The translations under genes and the position numbers were made by a program. Under the pieces are notes generated by a model. The model was not told where the DNA came from. It ran no database searches and saw only the letters and a list, made by a program, of their open reading frames with translations. Below, piece by piece: positions 54,019 through 64,000 of a stretch of 64,000 bases of DNA. How positions within the stretch are numbered: position 1 is the first letter of the stretch; each line of letters opens with the position of its first letter. Source of the stretch: Dipteris shenzhenensis (lineage: Eukaryota); assembly GCA_047967505.1 (NCBI GenBank), contig CM106538.1; one strand, written 5' to 3'.

Positions 54019-57000
54019 TGTTAGAAAATACCCAACAGAGGGTACACGTAGCGGAAGACTTATAGTAATGCCCAGGAGCTCACACAGTGTGCGGTGTGGG
54101 TGTGGAATCACAAACTTCTTTACTTATGTGCATTCAATAGGTGTGCAGACTCATCAATAGACATTGAACCAAACTAGATAGAGAAACCACCAAATAATAT
54201 ATTTCCGTCCACAACTATGGACACAATACAAGAGTGACAGATCCAGAGTCCCACCAATGGTGTGGTCCTCTGATCTTACCACAAAGTCCTTCTCCTATCT
54301 GCTGGCTATCTCTAGACTAGAGTCCGCGTGCTCCACCTCGAGCGTGAGTAGACTTTCCGTCTAAAATGATCCTCTCCACCTTGCTGTCTGGGAACCAGCC
54401 TAGGTGGGCAGCTTCCTGGCTAACTCTGCAGCCCTGCTAGCACCTCTCTATCCTCCTGCTGTAGGTCCAGAGGGTGGCTACCTGCTGCTCCTTTCTGCTC
54501 TGGATCTGCTGCTGCAAGTGATGCTGAAATGAGGCTAAATGGCCTCTTTATATAGGCCCCAAGGCCTGCACCAAAAAACCAACCAGTCTGCTTGAAAAAA
54601 CCGACTCAGTCTGTACAAAAAACCGACCAGACTGCTTGGAAAAAACCGCCCTTAAAGGGCTCACAAGTCAGGCCTTTTATGGCCCAAACTTCCAGGGCTT
54701 TTGGCCCTCCATTCAAGGCAAATATGCAGCCTATAAAAGGGCTGCCACCTGCCCACTGACAGTCACATTCCTTGCTGCAGATCTGAGCCTGCACTCCCTG
54801 CCATGTCTGCGCCTCTGCAAACAGTGCGCCTCCATGTCCTAGATCCTTCGCAATCTGTCCCAGACTGTCTTGCTTCTGCTCCGGGCTTGTTCCAGCTCTA
54901 AGGCTCCTGCCTGAGCTCCGTATGCCAGCCGTACAGCAGGCATCTGTATTCTGCCATCCTTCCGTACTTTCCTGGCCCTTAACAGTTCTAGATGTGCTGC
55001 CCTCATGCCAGCCATGATGCTGTCTATGTGGCAGCCCCTTTCTCTCTTTTCCTGTTGGGTACTGCCCTAGGTCTCCCTCCCCCATGCTCTCCTCATATGG
55101 GGGCTTACAGATGGGGAGGTGACTTTTCCAACACCCCAACTAGCCGACACATCCCAGCCCAATGCCAACACGTCGATGAAGATGCTCCAGTAACTCCCTG
55201 GTCGTAGTCCTCTGGAACCTTTCGGTGTCAAAATCTTTTCCTGGCTTTTCATCCAGTGGCTCCTGGTCCACCAGGTCCGGTTCCGCTTCCGCACACCATC
55301 CTGGTACACAGGTCCATCTCTGGTAGCACCTCCTGGTACCACCTCCTTCAGTCGCATTCCCGCCTCTGAACTTGAGCAACCCAGCCGTCACGATCTTCCA
55401 GTCGTCCCCCTCATAATGAGTGAACAACCTGGAGTCTTCCAGGTACCATGCTCTGAGGGTCTGTTTCAACCCGTCCTTCCTTTGGCAAGGTCTGTAACCA
55501 ATGAATATTTCCAGATAACCTGGACCATGAACTCTCGCTGAGTTCTCAAGCAGGTACTCTTTAGGCTTCAGTACTCTTTGTCCACCACCTTCTAGCAATC
55601 TGCGTCCGAGATTTGAAGAAGCACCAATACTTCCCCTTCTGCCTTCGAAGAAGGCCAATTCCTTCCAATCTCTTATAACCTGAGACAAATGAAGAGCAGA
55701 ATCTCCCCACAGCATGCTATAAAGGCTCAAATGCAGAATATCAAATACATACCAGACTGTTGTACTGCCTGAATGTTCGCTCTGAAAGCAAACCCTGTAC
55801 CTCAATGAGGCACCCGCCAAGATCCTGTGTAATCCTGTTCTGTCCCCTTCTGAAGTCCAGCATCCATCTGACCATGAGACCCCAGGGCTTTCCATGGAAT
55901 CCACCCTCGTGTCAGTGTCAACAGCTACACACCTGGAAGGTACCAAGCGCTCCATACTGTCCTTCACCTTCACAAAGGCATCGGACTCCTCGTCGACCCA
56001 CATCTCTATGTCAGACATCCTTACTGTGATTTCAGGATCAACATACTTGACCTCGGTAACACTCGGTGATGTCACCAGGAACAATTCTTCGATTACCACA
56101 TTAGCTTTGGCCTTTCCCTCTGAATCTGGGTCAGACTCCTGTTTGTTTTTCAGATCCGCCTTTTTCTTTCTGCAGTCTTTTGCAAAATGTCTGGGCGTAT
56201 CACAATAGAAACACTTCTTCTTGTGCTTCCTCTTCGAAGTCCCCTCGTCGTCAGAGTCATCTTTATTGGACTTGCCACCGTTAGGCTTGCCCTTTCCTTT
56301 ACCAGCGGAATCCTTCACCAGCATCGCCTTTTCGTTTTTGTCCTCGTTGTAGAGCTTCTCCTGAGCTTCCTCCTGTAGCAGTAATGGACACAACTCCTCA
56401 AATGTCAGAGGTTTGGTCCGCTGTCCTGCTGTCACAGCCGTAACAAAGCTCTTGAAACTCCGAGGCAATCTCCTCAGTACCATCAAGGCCAGATGGCATG
56501 AGTCTTTCTTCTGACCAATCGCTGCTAACTGATCCCGCACCACCTTGACCTTTGTCAAATGGCTATGTACCGTATCGCCTTCTTCCATATCAAGATTGTA
56601 GAGTTGATGCTGAAGAAGCACGATCCGGGAGGTATTATCTGTCTTGTACAGATCCTTTAGGGTGGCCCACGCCTCTACTGAGGTCTTGGCCAGCTGGATA
56701 TGCGGAAGAACAGAGTCCGCCGTAGTCCCTATGATTATTGCCAGGGCATGGGCATCTCTTTCTTCCCAAGCTTCAAGCTCCTCTCTGTCTACTGCCATGA
56801 GTACCTTCCCTTTATTGTCCACCATGTCTGCCGGCTTCGACTCCTCTCCTGTGGTCAGCTTCCACAACTTCCGAGCCACTAAATGACTCCGGATCTTCAC
56901 TTTCCAGATCGGGTAATTAGTCCCGTCCAGGTTCCCAGACTCTCCAAAGTTAGGAATAGTGAAAGAGAGAAAACTGGAGGAGGAGGAAGGGATAGCAGGG

Positions 57001-58360
57001 GCTGAAGAGGTTGTCGACATCTCTGCTGTATATACCACACAGCAAAGTCAACCAAACTCAAATGCAGTAAACCAGAACTCTGAACGCACATGACTGAACC
57101 TGAGTCACCCTCCTTCTCGCAAGGGCACAATCCTCCAGTCGTGGAAGTCGATTCCCTAGAGCTTCTGAATCAGGGTCGTCCTTCAGCAAGGTCCCTGCCT
57201 TCAGGCTCCCACACCTGTGAGCCTCCTACTTGGGCTCTGATACCATGTTAGAAAATACCCAACAGAGGGTACACGTAGCGGAAGACTTATAGTAATGCCC
57301 AGGAGCTCACACAGTGTGCGGTGTGGGTGTGGAATCACAAACTTCTTTACTTATGTGCATTCAATAGGTGTGCAGACTCATCAATAGACAATGAACCAAA
57401 CTAGATAGAGAAACCACCAAATAATATATTTCCGTCCACAACTATGGACACAATACAAGAGTGACAGATCCAGAGTCCCACCAATGGTGTGGTCCTCTGA
57501 TCTTACCACAAAGTCCTCCTCCTATCTGCTGGCTATCTCTAGACTAGAGTCCGCGTGCTCCACCTCGAGCGTGAGTAGACTTTCCGTCTAAAATGATCCT
57601 CTCCACCTTGCTGTCTGGGAACCAGCCTAGGTGGGCAGCTTCCTGGCTAAGTCTGCAGCCCTGCTAGCACCTCTCTATCCTCCTACTGTAGGTCCAGAGG
57701 GTGGCTACCTGCTGCTCCTTTCTGCTCTGGATCTGCTGCTGCAAGTGATGCTGAAATGAGGCTAAATGGCCTCTTTATATAGGCCCCAAGGCCTGCACCA
57801 AAAAACCAACCAGTCTGCTTGAAAAAACCGACTCAGTCTGTACAAAAAACCGACCAGACTGCTTGGAAAAAACCGCCCTTAAAGGGCTCACAAGTCAGGC
57901 CTTTTATGGCCCAAACTTCCAGGGCTTTTGGCCCTCCATTCAAGGCAAATATGCAGCCTATAAAAGGGCTGCCACCTGCCCACTGACAGTCACATTCCTT
58001 GCTGCAGATCTGAGCCTGCACTCCCTGCCATGTCTGCGCCTCTGCAAACAGTGCGCCTCCATGTCCTAGATCCTTCGCAATCTGTCCCAGACTGTCTTGC
58101 TTCTGCTCCGGGCTTGTTCCAGCTTTAAGGCTCCTGCCTGAGCTCCGTATGCCAGCCGTACAGCAGGCATCTGTATTCTGCCATCCTTCCGTACTTTCCT
58201 GGCCCTTAACAGTTCTAGATGTGCTGCCCTCATGCCAGCCATGATGCTGTCTATGTGGCAGCCCCTTTCTCTCTTTTCCTGTTGGGTACTGCCCTAGGTC
58301 TCCCTCCCCCATGCTCTCCTCATATGGGGGCTTACAGATGGGGAGGTGACTTTTCCAACA
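54019..58360 (-). mobile_element. Young pol-less copia-derived LTR element (TR-GAG-like), 4342 bp
   Basis: 1115-bp LTRs 54019-55133 and 57246-58360 with ~5 mismatches by eye; TSD AAGAG at 54014-54018 and 58361-58365; tRNA-iMet PBS 57231-57245; a single internal ORF. Confidence 0.95.
55140..57020 (-). CDS. Copia Gag with a ~300-aa C-terminal extension of unknown function (~626 aa from ATG 57020)
   Basis: NLDGTNYPIWKVKI..LW, VLRRLPRSF and knuckle CFYCDTPRHFAKDC, then an uninterrupted frame with no DSG, DDE or YVDD motifs. Confidence 0.8.
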   Translation of the reverse strand: MSTTSSAPAIPSSSSSFLSFTIPNFGESGNLDGTNYPIWKVKIRSHLVARKLWKLTTGEESKPADMVDNKGKVLMAVDREELEAWEERDAHALAIIIGTTADSVLPHIQLAKTSVEAWATLKDLYKTDNTSRIVLLQHQLYNLDMEEGDTVHSHLTKVKVVRDQLAAIGQKKDSCHLALMVLRRLPRSFKSFVTAVTAGQRTKPLTFEELCPLLLQEEAQEKLYNEDKNEKAMLVKDSAGKGKGKPNGGKSNKDDSDDEGTSKRKHKKKCFYCDTPRHFAKDCRKKKADLKNKQESDPDSEGKAKANVVIEELFLVTSPSVTEVKYVDPEITVRMSDIEMWVDEESDAFVKVKDSMERLVPSRCVAVDTDTRVDSMESPGVSWSDGCWTSEGDRTGLHRILAGASLRYRVCFQSEHSGSTTVWYVFDILHLSLYSMLWGDSALHLSQVIRDWKELAFFEGRRGSIGASSNLGRRLLEGGGQRVLKPKEYLLENSARVHGPGYLEIFIGYRPCQRKDGLKQTLRAWYLEDSRLFTHYEGDDWKIVTAGLLKFRGGNATEGGGTRRCYQRWTCVPGWCAEAEPDLVDQEPLDEKPGKDFDTERFQRTTTRELLEHLHRRVGIGLGCVG

Positions 58361-61300
58361 AAGAGTATACAAGAAAGCCGCAGCTATAGTATACAGAGAC
58401 AGTGAAAATATGGCTAGGAGAGGCATGCATCCATGCATATATACTGCTTAAAATCTATGTGATCCTCGGCGATCAATAGTCAAGATGCATCAATATCATG
58501 AAGTCTCACAGCAGAAATACTGTCAGCTCAGTATCTCGGATGAAACATACAGTGTCATCAAGTGACCTCATGAAATCACAGTGAGCCCGTTTGTACTGAG
58601 GGAGTGGAGGTGCTACCCCCCTCTCGAACACTAGGTAATGCTCCAGACGCTCACTCTGCTGAACTACCTGTAGGAGCCTGGACCGCAGTCGGCTCTAATT
58701 GGAAAGCATCAAGCTAAAGCTGCAATATCCCAGGTGAATCTGCCAGTTCACCTTCCTCCATCCATTTCGCATCAAGTGATGGGTAATTTTGAAATTTTAC
58801 CAAGTAGCGACGGATAACTTTACCCTTGAGCTTTCTATCCCTGTGTAAAAGGTGCTTTACCTGTGGATGTAAGCATATTCCAGCAAAGGCAAATAATGCT
58901 CCCATTCGCTTTTGTGGTTTGAGACATAGCATTTAAACATATCCAAGATGGTAGAGTTTTCGTGCTCCGATTGTCCATCAGAATGAGGGTGAAAAGATGA
59001 CGAAAAATTCTGCGTAGTGCCCATATTATCAAACAGTCCTCTCCAAATGAGGCTGGTCATCCTCGGATCTCTATCACTGATTATGGATTCAGGCATCCCA
59101 TGATACTTGAAGACATGTTGCAAAAACAATTTGGCCATTTGATCTGCTGTAATTTTCTTTCTTACTAGCACAAAGTGGGCTTGTTTGCTAAACCTGCAAA
59201 TTATTGTCCACAATCCATCATGTCCAGTAGGTACGTGGAAGATCAAACATAAAATCCATAGCTATGCTTTGCCATGGTCTATCCGGAATTGGCAAAGGGT
59301 ATAACAACCCAGGTGCCTTCTGCCTGTCAAACTTTACTTTCTGACAAACCATGCATGTTCTCACATATTCTTCCACATCTTTCCTCAAAGATGGCCAATA
59401 AAAGTATTGCTCCACTGCTGTAATTGTTGCTGTAATTCCCCTATGTCTTGCATATGGAGGAGCATGACTTTCCATTATGACTTTCTGTCGCATCTGATCA
59501 GTGACACAGAGTTGTCCATGCATCAAAATGAAGCCCTCTTTCAACATATAGTGATCATGCCTTTGACCATCAGAAAGCTGATCATAAATAGTTGAAAAAT
59601 CAGCATCATTAACATATTGATCTTTCATCACATCTAACACATTGTTGTAAGCAATGCTCACTGCTGAAACACTGGGTTTCTTGGAGACTGCTTCAGGCTG
59701 TGGTTTCCTGGAAAGTGCATCAGCCATGACATTTTTGTTACCCGGCTCATGTACAATTTGAAAATGAAAGATTGAGAGGAAGTTAGCCCATCTCATGTGC
59801 TTTTCAGATAATTTTCTCTGCGTGAGAAAATATCTAAGTGACTGATGATCTGTCTGCACATAAAAGTCAGCTCCAAGAAAGGTAATGTTTCCATGTGGTC
59901 AAAGCATGTATCACTGCTAACATTTCCTTCTCGTATGTCTACAAGTACAATTTAGCATCTTTGAGAACTCTACTCTCATATGCAACCACTCTGCCATCCT
60001 GCATCAAAGTGCCTCCTATGCTGTTTCCACATGCATCACAAGTTACAGCAAAGGGTTTTGCAAGATCTGGCAAGATAATAACGGGTTCAGAACACAACTT
60101 TTGCTTCAGCTCTTCAAAAGCTGCATTTTCCTTTGGTCCCCACTGAAACGCTACAGCTTTCTTTTGTAAAGCATGCAAGGGAGAAGCAATTTCTGCAAAG
60201 TACTTTATAAACCTCCGATAGTATGAACACAACCCAAGAAAGCTTCTGACTTCATGTAGATTTTTCAAAATTGGCCAACTCCTTATGGCCTCAACTTTTG
60301 CAGGGTCCATCTTGACTCCATCCTTTGACACTATATGACCGAGAAAATGAATCTCATGCATAAAGAACTCACTTTTCTTGGTGTTTATTAATAGCTTGTG
60401 TCTTTTCAACTCTTGAAACACAATAGTGAGGTGTTTCCTGTGCTCCTGCTCATTTTTAGAGAACACAATGATGTCATCGAAGAAAGTGCCCACAAACTTT
60501 CTGTGTGCTCTAAAAATTCTGGCCATCATTCTATTGAAAGTGGCAGGTGCATTAGTCAAACCAAAAGGCATCACAAGGAACTCATATAAGGCAAATGAAG
60601 TGCGGAAGGCAGTCTTGTAGACATCTTCAGGCCGTATCCTTATCTGATGGTATCCACTTTTAAGGTCAATATGACTGAACATTGAGGAACCTTCCAACCG
60701 ATCCAATATATCATCAATGCGTGGAATTGGAAAACGGTTCTTAATTGTGACTTTATTCAAAGCCCTATAATCAATACACATTCTCCAACTGCCATCCTTC
60801 TTTTGCACAAGCAACACAGGGGAATAGTAAGGAGAATTACTTGGCTGTATTAATTCCTTTTCCAAGAGTTCCTTCACTTGTGACATTATCTCTTCCTGTT
60901 GTGCCTTACTGACACGATAGGGAGGTATATTAGGTGGTGAGCTTCCTGGAATTATATCAATTTGATGATCCTCGAGCCTCTTGGGAGGTAATTCTTGAGG
61001 AAGTGCATCTGAGAAACAATCCTGAAAATCTGAAATAAAAGCAGCCCTTTCTCTATCTAAAGCAGAAAGAGTAGAGCCTTCCTGAACTGGTTGGCTGTCC
61101 TCTTTGACAAAATCGAGTACGCTGAAATATGACGCTTTATTACATTGGAAATACAAGAAGCTGAAACTACAAGGATGGACTCCCCTTTCAACTTTACATC
61201 AAGTACATGCTTTTTGCCTCTATGAGTTAAAGAAATCTTCTTGTTTCTCATCTGCACATCAGCCCCCACCCTGTACATCCAAGGCATCCCAAGCAAAGCA

Positions 61301-62911
61301 TTACACTCTGGCAAAGGCATAATGTAGAAGTCCTCTGCATCCTGATATCCCTGGATATGCATCCTCAAAAGAAGCGTGTTTCAGAGAGGAATGCATTGAG
61401 AAGGTTTTGGAGAAGTTTCATCACCGGAAAGTCCTCCAAAACTGAGAAAAACCAGTCAACCAGCGCGTGGGACCACTTGAAATTCAACAGAAAGCTGTAG
61501 CTTTGCAAGAGGAGAGGCCCAGGAGGCGGTAGAAGCAAAAAGGTCCAGAAAAAGCCACTTTTGCAAATTCGACCAGCAAAAGAAGTGCTCAGCTCTGCCT
61601 GTTCTACCAAACGCACGGAGGGAAAAGCATATCACTACGAAGGGGAGGCAGAGGGGAAGCCATCGGGCCAAACGGAAGTTGAGGAATCCAAACGGGTGAG
61701 GAGTTATGAAGAAAAACGGAATTCAGCTGAAGGAGGCTGAAAAACCAGTCCAAAATCTCAACAAAGGGAGAAGACGAGAGAGAAAACCACACATGTGAAG
61801 TTTAGAAGGCCCAGGAAGGTCCAAGAATGGCAAAGGAGCATGTAGAAGGCACTAGAGCCACCTGGAACTCTAGGGGGGCCACTGAAGGTACATGGCCCTC
61901 TAGGGGGCCCATTAAAAATGCCACATCATCATTTCCCAACAACCACTCTTTTAATTCCTTGGAATGCCTTTGGGCCTAGGGATTAATTACGCTTATGTGA
62001 TAGGCACCATGCCGCGTTTAATTACACATTATTGAGCCCACGCTTGGACTTTTAAAACCAAAGTTGTCACGGTCTTGTAGTACATTAAAGTACTTAGAAT
62101 TTAACGCCCCCGTGACACTACCAGCCCCTATAAGAGGGCCCCCTTGGGGCCTCATAAGTTATCACTTGAAGCAGCAGTTCAAGAGCAGACCAGAAGCTTG
62201 GCAAGGAGCAGATGGGCTTAGGGATCTAGAAGTGTTATGGAGGTAGTAGGACAACACCTTTTGGGGTAAGGACAAAGGACCACGATTTGGACTTCTTTTG
62301 TAATGTGTCCTATTGGACCGAAATATATTTTGGTTGGCTCTATATCTCTTGTGGAGCATTGTCTATTTATTGGCTTGCACATATACACATGTTTGTTGAC
62401 TACACACAAGTAAATAAGTTTTGGATTCCGTAGTTAAATACTTCCGTGTGCAATTCTTGGGTAGCTCTTTCAGTTTTCCGCTGTGGGATACCCTCTGTTT
62501 GGTTCATTTCTAACATGGTATCAAAGCCTTGATCAGAAGTTCATGGGAAGTGGAGCTTGAAGGCAAGGACCTTGCTGAAGGACGACCTTGATTCAAAGCT
62601 CAGGGGAATCTACTTTGACATTTGAAGGATTGTGCCCTTGCAAGAAAGAGTGTCACGGGGAGGTGAATTTTCTAGACCTGTGAATACCTTTGGCCTCTCA
62701 TTGATTAGAATTGTAAAAAGTGCTAATCGAGTGTATTAATTCCATGGGCCTGGGCAAGGAGCTGAAGGGCAAGAGAGGGGTAAAAATCCCATTGCTAAAA
62801 ACAGCTCCATGGGTCACATTTGGCAAGGTGGCTTGGAAGCGAGCAGAAAAGTTGAAATTTACTTTGAGGTAGTTCAGAGAGAGGGAAGTCGCAAGCTGGG
62901 AAAGTGCCCTA

Positions 62912-64000
62912 TGTTGGTATCAAAGTACGAGATTTTACTTAGAATGAAAAGCAATAGTTCACACGTGATATCAAAGTAGTAATACATTAAAAAGATGACA
63001 AAAACTCTGGGACAACAGAGTTACAAGCAAAGACCTAATGGCTCAGCCCGACCAAGCTTGTTGCAGTTTTACAAAGGATGCTATGATCTCAACACACAGT
63101 CGAGCTTGTGACTACAACAATGTCTGACACACAAACTGCTCGTAGAAGACCACACAGGCCGAGATGCACTGCTTTACTATAAGAGCACACAGCTCCAAAG
63201 AAAGGCGACACATGCCTTAGATCATCCATCATAGCGAGATGCTTGAAGAAGGCGCCATATATGAAGATCGGCTAACTACCAAGACAAGCTGGAGGCAAGA
63301 AGTCGTGCCGACAGTGATTCCAATGATCCATCACCAGCCATCATAGTTGCTCCAATCCCAAACTCTTGGAGTGACTCTCATCCTAAGCCAAAGGTTGAGT
63401 ATCCAGCTAGACAATCGGAGACGACAAGTGGCGCCTTCCAAAGCACCGCCTTGCTCTTGACACGTCCATGCATGCATGCAATAACGCCAAGTGGCTGATC
63501 ACTGCCACCTCAATCTACCCTACGAGGTTTACTAATGCTAACAAACGCAACAATCCCCCCATAAACCAAGGAGGGGAGAATCTAACTGGAAACACAACTG
63601 CAGACAAAAGCAACACACCACCAAAAATGTTGCTCACGCTAGAGCTTAAAAAGCATAATTATCATTGAGGTAGCTATCGTCTTCCAAATCGATTATAGGA
63701 ATGCCGTCTTCACGTACCAAGCCGGCTATCTCATTTGTATCACTATCTTCGAGTAGACAAGCCTTTGAACTGTTGCCATGCTTATCATCATACACTTTCT
63801 TGTAGCAATGCTTCTCCTTGTGTCCTTCTTTCCTACAGTATTTGCAAGTGACCATTGGATTTTTCCCATTGCTCTTTTCTCCTTGGCTGCAAAAAATTGC
63901 TCACCATTGCCAACTGTATGCATCTCTGCTCGTGTCTCTTCACTCAACATAATCGAAAGCACTTCTTGAAAGGTTAATGCATCTGAATTTAGACGAAGTA
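62912..64000 (-). mobile_element. 3' part of another Gag-only copia-type element: gag C-terminus (stop 63646), PPT, LTR 62912-63552
   Basis: CKYCRKEGHKEKHC knuckle; ends ..EDDSYLNDNYAF*. About 90 bp later the minus strand reads TGGGGGGAT-TGTTG. The LTR reads TGTTG..CAACA on +. Confidence 0.75.

Larger units (their letters stand above)
52319..62117 (-). mobile_element. Ty3/gypsy chromovirus; a deletion removes the inner 5' LTR, PBS, gag and part of the protease
   Basis: TSD CTACC at 52314-52318 and 62118-62122; 3' LTR 52319-53940 followed by PPT (TACCCCTCTCTT on +); 5' LTR remnant 61364-62117 matches 53187-53940. RT/RNase H 59939-61156, integrase 58857-59859, chromodomain YLVKFQNYPSLDAKW near 58714-58860. 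Confidence 0.93.
51673..62527 (+). mobile_element. Copia-type 5' LTR (51673-52318 + 62118-62515) split by a gypsy insertion; PBS 62516-62527
   Basis: Starts TGTTG..GTCACGTCCCCATCTATAAG..CATATGAGGAGAGCAT and ends TACCCTCTGTT..TTTCTAACA-TGGTATCAAAGC. Both termini resemble the 54019-58360 LTR. Confidence 0.75.

Noticed and set aside
54606-58438. Duplicated 177/201-aa ORFs as a gene pair
   Set aside because: Both lie inside the two near-identical LTRs, so their identity is explained by LTR duplication. The same applies to the 53188/61365 ORF pairs.

Overview
Eukaryotic, plant-type DNA that is dense in transposons; a fern or other non-seed vascular plant is a guess from gene divergence and intron size. 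There are two host genes: an intronless DREB-type AP2/ERF transcription factor (2718-3299, -) and the 5' seven exons of URB1/NPA1 (41225-50104, +), whose next intron exceeds 13.9 kb and holds a three-level LTR nest. The rest is nested or deleted Ty1/copia and Ty3/gypsy elements, with exact LTR ends, primer-binding sites (PBS), polypurine tracts (PPT) and target-site duplications (TSD) readable for several. The most unusual observations are: (1) a 6-kb head-to-tail array (21292-27329) of an LTR-like unit in which the position normally holding a tRNA PBS instead holds a ~190-nt reverse complement of the unit's own 3' part, giving five long fold-backs; (2) at least four Gag-only copia-derived elements, three of which end Gag in the same acidic-[Y/W]-A-F-stop motif, apparently at the protease catalytic Asp position, while the fourth and youngest carries a ~300-aa open extension; (3) a gypsy-gag/copia-pol junction; (4) a short TSD-flanked non-LTR element with a locally duplicated 286-bp end. 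All calls were made by eye and no database searches were run.
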